A stretch of 64,000 nt of DNA from the NCBI RefSeq assembly GCF_988242995.1, contig NZ_OZ547043.1. One strand, 5' to 3'. How positions within the stretch are numbered: the stretch's first letter is position 1; each line of letters starts with the position of its first letter. Of the stretch, positions 1-13,695 are shown in pieces. The notes under the pieces were generated by a model. That model worked only from the letters and a program-made list of their open reading frames with translations, searched no databases and was not told the DNA's origin. A program made the translations under genes and the position numbers.

Positions 1-867
1 TCCTTTGCTGCCTGCGATATCAATCCCCTTGTTGCCCCCCTCAGAAGCGCCAAAGGTTTCGATCACTTTGCCCTCAGTCGGCCAGCGCCAGGTGGAGATA
101 GGCGTACTGGTTGATGTACTGCTGACAGTCGGCTCGGTTGTGCTTGCTGTTGGTACCGTTACAGGCGCTGTGACCGTGGTCGCAGTTGGCTTGTTGTTCG
201 GCAACATTTTGTTAGCACTCTGTTCACCCGAAGACTCAGAATACGTAATTGTCGGTTGCGAAGCAACAGCAACGGTGGAATTTTGTGCAGGCTTGATCAC
301 AACTCCTTGCTCTGCTGCATCGGCCTGGGTAATGGCATTTCCGCCAGTGATTGGCGTACCGGAAGCATTACCCACCTGTAAGGTCTGACCGACGTTCAGC
401 GCGTATGGTGCCTGAATATTGTTGCGCTGAGCAAGGTCACGGAAATCGTTGCCAGTAATCCAGGCGATATAGAAAAGTGTGTCGCCTTTTTTCACGGTAT
501 AGGTACTGCCGCTATAACTGCCTTTCGGAATGTTCCCATACTGACGGTTGTAGACGATGCGTCCGTTTTCCATCTGTACCGGCTGCTGAGCTACTGGCTG
601 CACCGGCTGGATTTGCGGTTGTTGAGTTGCCTGAATTTGTGGCTGCTGTACCGGCTGAATTTGCGGTTGCTGAGCTGTAGACGTCGTCCCCATTTTCGGC
701 GGCGGCGTAATCAACATACCAGAATTGGTATTTGCAGGCGCATTGCCATTAACGGAGCTGACCGGGGCCGGTGGATTTGAAGTGTCAGAACAGCCTGCCA
801 GCCATAGCGAAACCAGTGACAAAGCCGCAATGCGGCGAACGGTGAATTTTGGGCTTCCCGCGCTCAT
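1..867 (-). CDS. nlpD: Murein hydrolase activator lipoprotein NlpD, 5' part only (3' end lies beyond window start)
   Basis: Reverse-strand ATG at 867-865 reads [26 protein letters not shown] (signal peptide plus lipobox) and stays open to position 1, passing through Q/P-rich tandem repeats near 590-690. Absent from the ORF track because it runs off the window edge. Confidence 0.85.
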   Translation of the reverse strand, partial: MSAGSPKFTVRRIAALSLVSLWLAGCSDTSNPPAPVSSVNGNAPANTNSGMLITPPPKMGTTSTAQQPQIQPVQQPQIQATQQPQIQPVQPVAQQPVQMENGRIVYNRQYGNIPKGSYSGSTYTVKKGDTLFYIAWITGNDFRDLAQRNNIQAPYALNVGQTLQVGNASGTPITGGNAITQADAAEQGVVIKPAQNSTVAVASQPTITYSESSGEQSANKMLPNNKPTATTVTAPVTVPTASTTEPTVSSTSTSTPISTWRWPTEGKVIETFGASEGGNKGIDIAGSKG

Positions 868-1005
868 TTATCCCCCAGGAAAAATTGGTTAATAACCAGT
901 GACATAATTACCGTGCAAGGCACCATACTGAACACTGGAAAAGATGTTCCGATACGCTGACCTGCGGCAAAATAACCAGGAAAAATCCAGGTATTTCCTC
1001 ACGTT

Positions 1006-2367
<1,362 letters not shown>

Positions 2368-2387
<20 letters not shown>

Positions 2388-3417
2388 AATCACCTGTTGT
2401 GTTGATAAGTTCCCTGACAACGCTGGTTGCAAAACTTCCCGCCGGAAGCCAGAAACGGATTTCTACGGTGACGTCATCCCACCAGTTCCAGCTTAATTGT
2501 TGCGGATACAGCAGCATCGCTCTGCGCGCGGCTTCAACTTTTTCGCGCACCAGTAAGGCTTGTAATTCAGTTTCTGCGGCGACAGCTGCTTGTTCGAATG
2601 CCAACGCTTCACGCTGAGTTCCCCATTCGCCACTGCCCGGCAATGCGGCGGTTATCATCAGCTCTTTATCGTTGACGCGACGCTGTAATTCCGCCAGTTC
2701 TTCGGTGGTTGCGACAAACCAGCTACCACGTCCGGCTAATTGTAGCGCATCGCCGTCAACAACTTGATTAACGTCTGCTTTTTTGAGGCGCTCAGCAACA
2801 ATCTGATTAAACAACGCACTGCGGGCTGCCGACAACCAAAAACTCCGTTTATTGCGATCGCGCACCGGAGTATTGGTTTGCGCCCAGCGCAGCGCGCCCT
2901 GCAAGTTGCTACCGCCAATCCCAAAACGTTGGGCACCGAAGTAGTTCGGTACACCTTTTACGCAAATATCGATCAGACGTTGTTCAACGTCATCGCGATT
3001 GCTCACTTCGCGCAGAACCAGGGTAAAGGCGTTACCTTTCAGCGCGCCTAAACGCAGCTTGCGCTTGTGCCGCGCATACTCCAGCACCTGGCAGCCTTCC
3101 AGTTGAAAGGCGCTCAGATCGGGCATTTCCTTGCCCGGCACGCGAGCGCATAACCACTGTTCCGTAACAGCATGTTTGTCTTTTTGCCCAGCGAAGCTGA
3201 CTTCACGGGAATGAATTTTCAGGAATTTCGCCAGTGCATCCGCCACAAAACGGGTATTGCAGCCGTTTTTGAGGATTCTAACCAGAATATGCTCACCTTC
3301 ACCATCAGGCTCAAAGCCCAAATCTTCCACCACCACAAAGTCTTCCGGATTGGCTTTCAGCAGCCCGGTGCCTTGCGGTTTACCGTGGAGGTAAGTGAGA
3401 TTATCAAACTCAATCAT
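2368..3417 (-). CDS. truD: tRNA pseudouridine(13) synthase TruD
   Basis: ORF track 349 aa, recognised as TruD by sequence and by position in the surE-truD-ispF-ispD-ftsB block. Confidence 0.92.
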
Positions 3418-3893
3418 TTTGTTGCCTTAATGAGTAGCGCCACCGCTTCACAGGCAATCCCTTCCCCACGTCCGGTAAATCCAAGTTTTTCCGTAGTAGT
3501 GGCTTTCACGTTAACATCATCCATATGGCAGCCGAGATCTTCGGCAATAAACACGCGCATTTGTGGAATGTGCGGCAACATCTTCGGTGCCTGAGCGATG
3601 ATAGTGACATCGACGTTGCCCAGGGTATAACCCTTCGCCTGAATACGACGCCAGGCTTCGCGTAGCAGCTCGCGGCTGTCAGCACCTTTAAATGCCGGAT
3701 CGGTATCCGGGAACAGTTTGCCGATATCCCCCAGCGCCGCCGCGCCAAGCAATGCATCGGTCAACGCATGGAGCGCCACGTCGCCATCAGAATGCGCCAG
3801 CAATCCTTTTTCGTAAGGAATGCGTACGCCACCAATGATAATTGGGCCTTCACCGCCAAAGGCGTGTACGTCAAAACCGTGTCCAATTCGCAT
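3414..3893 (-). CDS. ispF: 2-C-methyl-D-erythritol 2,4-cyclodiphosphate synthase
   Basis: ORF track 159 aa, [12 protein letters not shown]... recognised as IspF; 4 nt overlap with truD. Confidence 0.95.
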
Positions 3894-4603
3894 TATGTAT
3901 TCTCCTGATGGATGGTTCGGGTGAGGTAAAACTCGGCCAGTGCCAAATCTTCCGGGCGCGTGACTTTAATGTTATCCGCGCGGCCTTCGACCAACTGCGG
4001 ATGAAATCCGCAATATTCCAGCGCCGAGGCTTCGTCGGTAATGGTAGCGCCTTCATTTAGAGCGCGCATCAGGCAGTCATGTAACAGCTCACGAGGGAAA
4101 AATTGCGGCGTCAGCGCGTGCCATAAGCCGTTGCGATCAACGGTATGAGCAATGGCATTTTTGCCCGGTTCGGCACGTTTCATCGTATCGCGCACTGGTG
4201 CGGCGAGGATCCCCCCCGTGCGGCTGGTTTCGCTCAACGCCAACAATCGCGCGAGGTCATCCTGATGCAGACAAGGACGAGCGGCGTCATGCACCAATAC
4301 CCACTGCGCGTCGCCAGCGGCTTTCAGACCTGCCAGCACCGAATCGGCACGCTCATCACCGCCATCTACAACGGTGATTTGCGGATGATTCGCCAGAGGA
4401 AGTTGTGCAAAACGGCTATCGCCAGGACTTATGGCAATGACGACATGTTTCACCCGGGGGTGCGCCAGCAGCGCATGCACCGAGTGTTCAAGAATGGTTT
4501 GATTACCGATTGAGAGATATTGCTTAGGACATTCCGTTTGCATTCGACGGCCAAATCCGGCCGCCGGAACCACGGCGCAAACATCCAAATGAGTGGTTGC
4601 CAT
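3893..4603 (-). CDS. ispD: 2-C-methyl-D-erythritol 4-phosphate cytidylyltransferase
   Basis: ORF track 236 aa, [11 protein letters not shown] motif; stop/start overlap with ispF. Confidence 0.95.
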
Positions 4604-4621
4604 GTTAATTCCTGGGCTGAT

Positions 4622-4933
4622 TTATCGATTGTTTTGCCCCGCAGACTGTGCGCGCTTCGACGCGTCAGGCACCAGACGATAAAAAGTTTCGCCCGGCCTG
4701 GTCATGCTGAGTTCATTACGCGCACGCTCTTCGAGCGCCTCCTGGCCGCCATTGAGATCGTCAATTTCGGCAAAAAGTTGATCGTTTCGCGCTTTAAGTT
4801 TCGCGTTTGTAGCTTGCTGTGCCGCCACATCATCATTGACGCGGGTATAGTCATGTATACCGTTCTTACCGAACCACAGCGAATACTGTAGCCAGACCAG
4901 AATAGCCAGCAACAGCAGCGTTAGTTTACCCAT
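4622..4933 (-). CDS. ftsB: Cell division protein FtsB
   Basis: ORF track 103 aa; N-terminal TM segment followed by a coiled-coil region, recognised as FtsB. Confidence 0.93.
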
Positions 4934-5126
4934 CCTGCCCCCTGAAAAACGGCATCTTCATCCCATGCATCCGAAGACGACTCTACATCCTCTGTTGGGG
5001 ATACCGCGACAACGCGGGCAAATGTACCACATTTGTCCATTGTTACGTATACCCAGGGCGTGCAGAACATAATCTCATTATTAGTTACGGTTTGAATTAT
5101 GAACAGAGGAGACAAGAAAGTACAAA

Positions 5127-5450
5127 TTAGCCCAGTAGCCACATAAACAGTGCGCCAAACATAATGCCTACTGTCATCAGGGTGAAAACAATACTGTAGC
5201 GTAGCTTTCCGTCCATCAATGAATGCAGCGCAATCCCCACCACTACCGCGACAGGCATCAGTGCCAGAAAGAAAGGCCAGGTGTAGATAAAGAAGAACAG
5301 CGTGTTAGAGCCATAAATCAACATCGGCATCGCCAGCGCAAATAACCAGGAGATAAAACCGACCACGGCACCAGGCAGTGACCATGTGGTTTCTTCATCC
5401 TCAGTAAGGCTGTCGTTATTTGTTAGTGTAATGTTATGGCTATTACGCAT
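5127..5450 (-). CDS. ygbE: Inner membrane protein YgbE (DUF3561)
   Basis: ORF track 107 aa with hydrophobic helices; position between ftsB and cysC. Confidence 0.85.
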   Translation of the reverse strand: MRNSHNITLTNNDSLTEDEETTWSLPGAVVGFISWLFALAMPMLIYGSNTLFFFIYTWPFFLALMPVAVVVGIALHSLMDGKLRYSIVFTLMTVGIMFGALFMWLLG

Positions 5451-5499
5451 ATTTGATCCTGTTACTTTGACGAACCGGGCATGGAAACCCGGTGGTGTC

Positions 5500-6105
5500 T
5501 CAGGATCTGATAATATCGTTCTGTCTCAACAGATCTAATAATTGCTGTACCAAATTTGTTACTAATTGTTCACCATTGAGATGAATTTCTGCCGATTCAG
5601 GCGCTTCGTAAACGGAATCTATTCCCGTAAAGTTGCGCAGTTCACCGGCACGCGCTTTCTTATATAAGCCTTTTGGATCGCGGGCTTCGCAAATCGCCAG
5701 CGGCGTATCGACAAACACTTCGATAAAGCGCCCTTCTCCTACGCGTTCACGAACCATCTGGCGTTCGGCGCGGTGTGGCGAGATAAATGCGGTCAGCACC
5801 ACCAGTCCGGCTTCAACCATCAAATTCGCCACTTCACCGACGCGACGGATATTCTCTTTACGATCGGCATCGCTAAAACCGAGATCGCTGCATAATCCGT
5901 GGCGAACATTGTCGCCATCCAGCAGATACGTACTGACGCCGAGTTTATGTAACGCCTCCTCCAGCGCCCCGGCGACCGTTGATTTACCGGACCCGGAGAG
6001 GCCGGTAAACCACAGCACTACACCACGATGACCGTGGTGTAGCTCGCGTTGTTGTACAGTGACTGGATGGCTATGCCAGACGACGTTTTCGTCATGCAGC
6101 GCCAT
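5500..6105 (-). CDS. cysC: Adenylyl-sulfate (APS) kinase
   Basis: ORF track 201 aa with P-loop GLSGSGKST; stop overlaps cysN. Confidence 0.95.
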
Positions 6106-7532
6106 TATTTATCCCCCAGTAAATCGCGCGCGCCCCAGTGTGGAAAGTGGCGGCGAACCAGGGCATTCAATTCCAGTTCGAATGCACTGAATTCAGATGG
6201 CGCAGTAGTTGCCTGGCTAACTGGCTCGTGCACCATACCGGCACCTACGGTCACATTACTCAGGCGATCGATAAAAATCAGCCCACCGGTAACCGGGTTT
6301 TGCTGATAACGATCTAACACCAGTGGCTCGTCAAAAGTGAGATCCACCAGGCCGATGCCGTTCAGCGGCAGGTTTTCAACTTCGCGTTGGGTAAGGTTAT
6401 TAATATCAACCTGATAACGAATGCCATCAACACGAGCACGCGTCTTCTTACCGGCAATTTTGATGTCGTAACTCTGGCCTGGGGAAAGCGGCTGTTCCGC
6501 CATCCATACCACATCCACCGACGCGCTCTGCACAGCCGGTAACGCTTCGTCTGCCGCCAGCAGCAGATCGCCACGGCTGATGTCGATCTCATCCGTCAGC
6601 ACCAGGGTGATCGCTTCTCCGGCAAAGGCTTCTTCGCGATCGCCATCAAAAGTCACGATCCGCGCGACGTTTGATTCCACACCAGAGGGCAGCACTTTTA
6701 CACGTTGCCCGACTTCCACGCGACCGGATGCCAGCGTTCCGGCGTAACCACGAAAATCGAGATTCGGGCGGTTAACATACTGCACCGGGAAGCGCATTGG
6801 CTGGGCATCCACCACTCGCTGCATCTCCACGGTTTCCAGCACTTCGAGCAATGTTGGACCGCTGTACCACGGCATACTTTCACTTTGCGAAGCCACGTTG
6901 TCACCTTCCAGTGCGGAGAGCGGCACAAAGCGGATATCCAGATTACCCGGCAGCTGCCCGGCAAAGGTCAAATAATCTTCACGAATACGGGTGAACGTCT
7001 CTTCACTGTAATCCACCAGATCCATTTTGTTGATCGCCACGACCAGATGTTTGATCCCCAACAGTGTGGAGATAAAACTGTGACGACGGGTTTGATCGAG
7101 CACGCCTTTACGGGCATCGATCAGTAAGATCGCCAGTTCACATGTCGATGCGCCAGTCGCCATATTGCGGGTGTACTGCTCGTGCCCTGGGGTGTCGGCG
7201 ATAATAAATTTACGCTTCTCGGTAGAGAAATAACGGTAAGCCACGTCAATGGTGATGCCCTGTTCGCGCTCAGCTTGCAGGCCGTCCACCAGCAGTGCCA
7301 GATCCAGTTTTTCGCCCTGGGTGCCGTGACGTTTACTGTCGTTATGCAGCGATGAGAGCTGATCTTCGTAGATTTGGCGGGTATCGTGCAGCAGGCGACC
7401 AATCAGGGTACTTTTGCCGTCATCGACGCTACCACAGGTCAGAAAACGCAGCAGGCTTTTATGTTGTTGCGCAATCATCCAGGCTTCGACGCCGCCTTCA
7501 TTGGCGATTTGTTGTGCAAGTGCGGTGTTCAT
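6105..7532 (-). CDS. cysN: Sulfate adenylyltransferase subunit 1 (GTPase)
   Basis: ORF track 475 aa with GTP-binding motifs GSVDDGKST and DTPGH. Confidence 0.95.
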
Positions 7533-7533
7533 C

Positions 7534-8442
7534 TTAAAAATACCCCTGACGTTTTTTCAGCTCCATAGACCCCGCCTGGTCGCGGTCAATCACGCGGCCC
7601 TGACGTTCACTGGTGGTGGAAACCAGCATCTCTTCGATGATTTCCGGCAGTGTTTGTGCATTTGACTCCACCGCACCGGTCAGCGGCCAGCAGCCCAGCG
7701 TACGGAAACGCACCATCCGTTTTTTAATCACTTCGCCCGGTTGCAGGTCGATACGGTTGTCATCAATCATCATCAACATACCGTCGCGTTCCAGAACCGG
7801 TCGTTCCGCAGCGAGATACAGCGGAACAATGTCGATATTTTCCAGCCAGATGTATTGCCAGATATCCTGCTCGGTCCAGTTAGAGAGCGGGAAGACGCGA
7901 ATGCTTTCGCCTTTGTTAATTTGCCCGTTGTAGTTGTGCCACAGCTCCGGGCGCTGATTTTTCGGATCCCAGCGATGGAAGCGGTCACGGAAAGAGTAGA
8001 TTCGCTCTTTAGCGCGGGATTTCTCTTCGTCGCGGCGTGCACCACCGAAGGCGGCATCAAAACCGTATTTATTCAGCGCCTGTTTCAGGCCTTCAGTTTT
8101 CATAATATCGGTATGTTTCGCGCTGCCATGAACGAATGGATTAATCCCCATCGCCACGCCTTCCGGGTTTTTATGCACCAGCAGCTCGCAGCCGTAGGCT
8201 TTAGCCGTACGATCGCGGAACTCATACATCTCGCGGAATTTCCAGCCGGTATCGACATGCAGCAACGGGAAAGGCAGCGTACCTGGATAAAACGCCTTGC
8301 GCGCCAGATGCAGCATGACGCTGGAATCTTTACCGATAGAGTAGAGCATCACCGGATTTGAGAATTCTGCCGCCACCTCGCGAATAATGTGGATGCTTTC
8401 CGCCTCCAGTTGCCGCAGGTGAGTAAGTCGTATTTGATCCAT
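7534..8442 (-). CDS. cysD: Sulfate adenylyltransferase subunit 2
   Basis: ORF track 302 aa, PAPS-reductase-like fold; directly upstream of cysN. Confidence 0.95.
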   Translation of the reverse strand: MDQIRLTHLRQLEAESIHIIREVAAEFSNPVMLYSIGKDSSVMLHLARKAFYPGTLPFPLLHVDTGWKFREMYEFRDRTAKAYGCELLVHKNPEGVAMGINPFVHGSAKHTDIMKTEGLKQALNKYGFDAAFGGARRDEEKSRAKERIYSFRDRFHRWDPKNQRPELWHNYNGQINKGESIRVFPLSNWTEQDIWQYIWLENIDIVPLYLAAERPVLERDGMLMMIDDNRIDLQPGEVIKKRMVRFRTLGCWPLTGAVESNAQTLPEIIEEMLVSTTSERQGRVIDRDQAGSMELKKRQGYF

Positions 8443-8693
8443 AACCGTTCCTTTGCAATACCGCTATTTTCTTGCCATCAGATGTTTCGACTATAGGGAG
8501 CGTAAGAGAACGAATGAAATTACCAATTAGAATGAGTAGTTCCTTAACGGAATAACGATTTGGCAAAGCTAATATCAAAAAGTGCTTAAGGCACCGGATT
8601 TCGGGCGTTTAGGAAGATTTGAAATTGTTTTAGCGCAGCGGCAGTTTCATACTATGGCGGTAAAAAAATTTGCATGGTATTTAAGGACTCACT

Positions 8694-9731
8694 ATGTTTT
8701 CCGCATTGCGCCACCGTACCGCTGCCCTGGCGCTCGGCGTATGCTTTATTCTCCCCGTACACGCCTCGTCACCTAAACCTGGCGATTTTGCTAATACTCA
8801 GGCACGACATATTGCTACTTTCTTTCCGGGACGCATGACCGGAACTCCTGCAGAAATGTTATCTGCCGATTATATTCGCCAACAGTTTCAGCAAATGGGT
8901 TATCGCAGTGATATTCGGACATTTAATAGTCGGTATATTTATACCGCCCGCGATAATCGCAAGAGCTGGCATAACGTGACGGGAAGTACGGTGATTGCCG
9001 CTCATGAAGGCAAAGCGCCGCAGCAGATCATCATTATGGCGCATCTGGATACATACGCCCCGCTGAGCGATGCTGACGCCGATGCCAATCTCGGCGGGCT
9101 GACGTTACAAGGAATGGATGATAACGCCGCAGGTTTAGGTGTCATGCTGGAACTGGCAGAACGCCTGAAAAATACGCCTACCGAGTATGGTATTCGATTT
9201 GTGGCGACCAGTGGTGAAGAGGAAGGGAAATTAGGTGCTGAGAATTTACTCAAGCGGATGAGTGACACCGAAAAGAAAAATACGCTGCTGGTGATTAATC
9301 TCGATAACTTAATTGTTGGCGATAAATTGTATTTCAACAGCGGTGTAAAAACCCCTGAAGCAGTAAGGAAATTAACGCGCGACAGGGCGCTGGCAATTGC
9401 GCGTAGTCATGGAATTGCCGCAACGACCAATCCGGGTTTGAATAAAAATTATCCGAAGGGTACTGGCTGTTGTAATGACGCCGAAGTTTTCGACAAAGCC
9501 GGTATTGCCGTACTTTCGGTAGAAGCAACAAATTGGAATCTTGGGAATAAGGATGGTTATCAGCAACGCGCAAAAACAGCTGCATTCCCTGCGGGAAATA
9601 GCTGGCATGACGTAAGACTGGATAATCAACAACATATTGATAAGGCACTTCCTGGAAGAATAGAACGTCGCTGCCGTGACGTTATGCGGATAATGCTACC
9701 TCTGGTGAAGGAGTTGGCGAAGGCGTCTTGA
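8694..9731 (+). CDS. iap: Alkaline phosphatase isozyme conversion aminopeptidase
   Basis: ORF track 345 aa with signal peptide; M28-type peptidase; classic neighbour of the CRISPR array. Confidence 0.92.
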   Translation: MFSALRHRTAALALGVCFILPVHASSPKPGDFANTQARHIATFFPGRMTGTPAEMLSADYIRQQFQQMGYRSDIRTFNSRYIYTARDNRKSWHNVTGSTVIAAHEGKAPQQIIIMAHLDTYAPLSDADADANLGGLTLQGMDDNAAGLGVMLELAERLKNTPTEYGIRFVATSGEEEGKLGAENLLKRMSDTEKKNTLLVINLDNLIVGDKLYFNSGVKTPEAVRKLTRDRALAIARSHGIAATTNPGLNKNYPKGTGCCNDAEVFDKAGIAVLSVEATNWNLGNKDGYQQRAKTAAFPAGNSWHDVRLDNQQHIDKALPGRIERRCRDVMRIMLPLVKELAKAS

Positions 9732-9751
9732 TGGGTTTGAAAATGAGAGCT

Positions 9752-11000
9752 GGGAGTTCTACCGCAGGGGCGGGGAATTCTAAGTGATATCCATCATCGC
9801 ATCCAGTGCGTCCGGTTTATCCCCGCTGACGCGGGGAACACGCTTTTCCCCACGCGTCCAGATCTTCGACTGGCGGTTTATCCCCGCTGGCGCGGGGAAC
9901 ACTCATTAAATTGTTTTTCCCGATCCCAGCTCTGCGGTTTATCCCCGCTGGCGCGGGGAACACCTGGAGCGCAGAAAGTTTGATATCGAAAATGCCGGTT
10001 TATCCCCGCTGGCGCGGGGAACACAGTTAACAACCCGCGCCGAACAAGCCCGACAACGGTTTATCCCCGCTGGCGCGGGGAACACCAGGTTCGTAAAGGT
10101 GAACACGGCACGACGGCCGGTTTATCCCCGCTGGCGCGGGGAACACGCGTCGCCATTCTATTAGCTTTTCCTCATCACCGGTTTATCCCCGCTGGCGCGG
10201 GGAACACCCGACAATCTCCGCCTCCAGTCGGTCGACCTGCGGTTTATCCCCGCTGGCGCGGGGAACACTGTGCCCGACTGCGTGCCGCGTCGAGCGCCTG
10301 CGGTTTATCCCCGCTGGCGCGGGGAACACTTCGCCGCCATCATCCTGTGGTGCCAGTTGACCGGTTTATCCCCGCTGGCGCGGGGAACACATACCGCAGC
10401 AAATTACGGTTCCAGAAACGCGCGGTTTATCCCCGCTGGCGCGGGGAACACTGACACGTTAAACGGTGCGTTGTCGTCGCTGTCGGTTTATCCCCGCTGG
10501 CGCGGGGAACACCCTGCCGCCCCCTTTAGCCCATATGGGGGCGGCGGTTTATCCCCGCTGGCGCGGGGAACACTTCAACATTACGAAACGGGATCACGCC
10601 GCTGACGGTTTATCCCCGCTGGCGCGGGGAACACCGGCTCCGCGTCGACATAAAAGTCCTCGGGATCGGTTTATCCCCGCTGGCGCGGGGAACACATATT
10701 TCGCCCCGTCACGCTGAATCAGCCAGCCGGTTTATCCCCGCTGGCGCGGGGAACACTCGCTTTTAAAGCGCCGGAGGAAAGTAAGCTCCGGTTTATCCCC
10801 GCTGGCGCGGGGAACACTAGCATAAATTACCCGATCAGATCGCGGACATCGGTTTATCCCCGCTGGCGCGGGGAACACTCGATCAAAAATTTACAACCAA
10901 AGGCTTCAACCGGTTTATCCCCGCTGGCGCGGGGAACACTCCCCGGTATCAGAAATAATTCCCTGCTCGATCGGTTTATCCCCGCTGGCGCGGGGAACAC
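9752..11000 (-). CRISPR. CRISPR array, type I-E repeats, 21 repeats and 20 spacers
   Basis: 29 bp repeat CGGTTTATCCCCGCTGGCGCGGGGAACAC with exact 61 bp period, starts at 9813, 9874, ... 10972; all spacers 32 bp. Repeat at 9813 has one mismatch (CTGACGCG). A degenerate terminal repeat sits at 9752-9780 (about 19/29 matches). Leader is on the right, so crRNA is read on the minus strand. Confidence 0.98.
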
Positions 11001-11096
11001 ACTAAGCATACATAACTGTTTTTAAACAAATTTATTCCGCATCAACAATCTACCAACTAAATTAAAACATTTCCTTATTTTTAAAGAACAGATAAC
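11001..11096 (-). promoter_or_regulatory. CRISPR leader (AT-rich) between last repeat and cas2 stop
   Basis: AT-rich 96 bp abutting the newest repeat; contains CAATCTACCAACTAA at 11046-11060, also present at the same offset in the second array's leader. Confidence 0.8.
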
Positions 11097-12306
<1,210 letters not shown>

Positions 12307-12310
<4 letters not shown>

Positions 12311-12957
12311 GCCTCTGCTCCGGGTTTGATCAGCATCAGACCACAGCCGAACGCGCGGCTTTTGCCATACCCCTGACTGAGACGTTGCAGAAATAACCCG
12401 GGATCGGTGACCGTAAGCATCCCCGTATAATCCACGCTACTGAACTGGATCAGTTGCCGGGAGTTTTCCCGCCACAGTTGCTGTTGTCGGTAGGCATCAA
12501 CCGAGGTATCCAGCAGTGTAAAACCGCTTCTCTCCCCCTGCGCTGCCAGCCAGTCCAGCGCCGCCTGTTGTTGATGCAACCAGACATCACTTCCTTCCGC
12601 CTGCCCCCTCACCTGCCGTTTCGCCTCCATCAGCAGATCGTGGCGCTTGCCCGCTTTACAGATTGTTGGATTCGCCCGCAGGTTGAAACAAAGTTGTTGT
12701 CCGGTACGCAGCTCGGGCACAAATGACCGGCATTCGATGGTGAACGTTTCACTTTCCGCCGGGCGTTCCTGCGACAGGACAAAAAAGCGAAACGCCCCCT
12801 GGAGTTCTTCCCGACGATAAAGAAATTGCCTTTCTTTGCCGCCAGGAAAAAGATCCCACAGCCACTGATGCATTACATATTCACCGCGATCCACCAAATG
12901 CAGCAACTGCGCAGGCGAAAGCTGGCCGGTATGTAAGGTTATTCTTGAGAGGTACAT
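12307..12957 (-). CDS. casE: Cas6e/CasE crRNA endoribonuclease
   Basis: ORF track 12307..13095; start moved to the internal Met (MYLSRITLHTGQ...) so it does not run through casD; 216 aa; ends GCGLMLIKP. Start is a judgement call. Confidence 0.8.
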
Positions 12958-13685
12958 GGTTCCTCCTTGCTGAGCCACGGCCCCTGATTGATGGTGCGTT
13001 CCCCAAACAGCCACTGCTGACGATTTAAAGGAACATCCCGGCGACGTAATATTTTGCTCGCGACCAGGCCGTCGTGTTCCCCTTCCCACCAGCATTCATC
13101 CTGAAGTTTCGGGAGTGAGACTTTCAGTTCGCGGAAACTATCCTGATACTGTTGGTATGCGTTACGTAAGACATCAGACGCGTTGCCTTCGAGCAGTAAC
13201 GGCGCAAGTGGTAACGCCAGCGGATGACTTTTTCGCCCCAGATAAAGCGGAAAAACCGGATGACGTAAACCGTCCTGCAACTGTTCAAGCCTGTAAGGCG
13301 CATCGGGGGTTGTTGCCACCGCCACCATCCACCAGGCATCGGTGTAGTAGTCGCGCCGGGAGATAATCGCGCTCAGAAGTTCAGGGGCGCTCAACTCTTC
13401 GCGACGGCTGAAATAACGCGCTTTACGCACCTCTTTTGGCATCTGGACCGTGTGATAATCCCGTGCCCAGCGCGGGTTACGGCTGGCGCAAACCACCAGT
13501 GAATAGTGGCGGTTAAACGCGTTTAATCGTTCGGTATCATCACGCCGAATCCCTACCCCGGCAGCCAGCAGCCCCAGCAATGCTGAGCGCGAAGGCAGTT
13601 CATGGGTATGACGCACTTCGCCGGGGGCATCGACGCCCCAGGATGCCATTGGCCCATGAAGCTGAAAAATCAAATATTGGCTCAT
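12939..13685 (-). CDS. casD: Cas5e/CasD Cascade subunit
   Basis: ORF track 248 aa (MSQYLIFQLHGPMASWG...); overlaps casE start. Confidence 0.85.
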   Translation of the reverse strand: MSQYLIFQLHGPMASWGVDAPGEVRHTHELPSRSALLGLLAAGVGIRRDDTERLNAFNRHYSLVVCASRNPRWARDYHTVQMPKEVRKARYFSRREELSAPELLSAIISRRDYYTDAWWMVAVATTPDAPYRLEQLQDGLRHPVFPLYLGRKSHPLALPLAPLLLEGNASDVLRNAYQQYQDSFRELKVSLPKLQDECWWEGEHDGLVASKILRRRDVPLNRQQWLFGERTINQGPWLSKEEPCTSQE

Positions 13686-13695
13686 TAGCCGCCCC

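Noticed and set aside
5-388. 127 aa plus-strand ORF at the window start
   Set aside because: Lies antisense within nlpD; the minus-strand frame reads a canonical lipoprotein N-terminus and repeat region.
4921-5142. 73 aa minus-strand ORF in the ftsB-ygbE gap
   Set aside because: Overlaps both flanking genes' ends, no recognisable domain or clear RBS; probably a chance frame.
10270-10717. ORF-track frames 10270..10605 and 10466..10717 (111 and 83 aa) with repeated RFIPAGAGNT / GLSPLARGT / VYPRWRGEH segments
   Set aside because: They are translations of the 29 bp CRISPR repeat in three frames; the periodicity is the array, not a protein.
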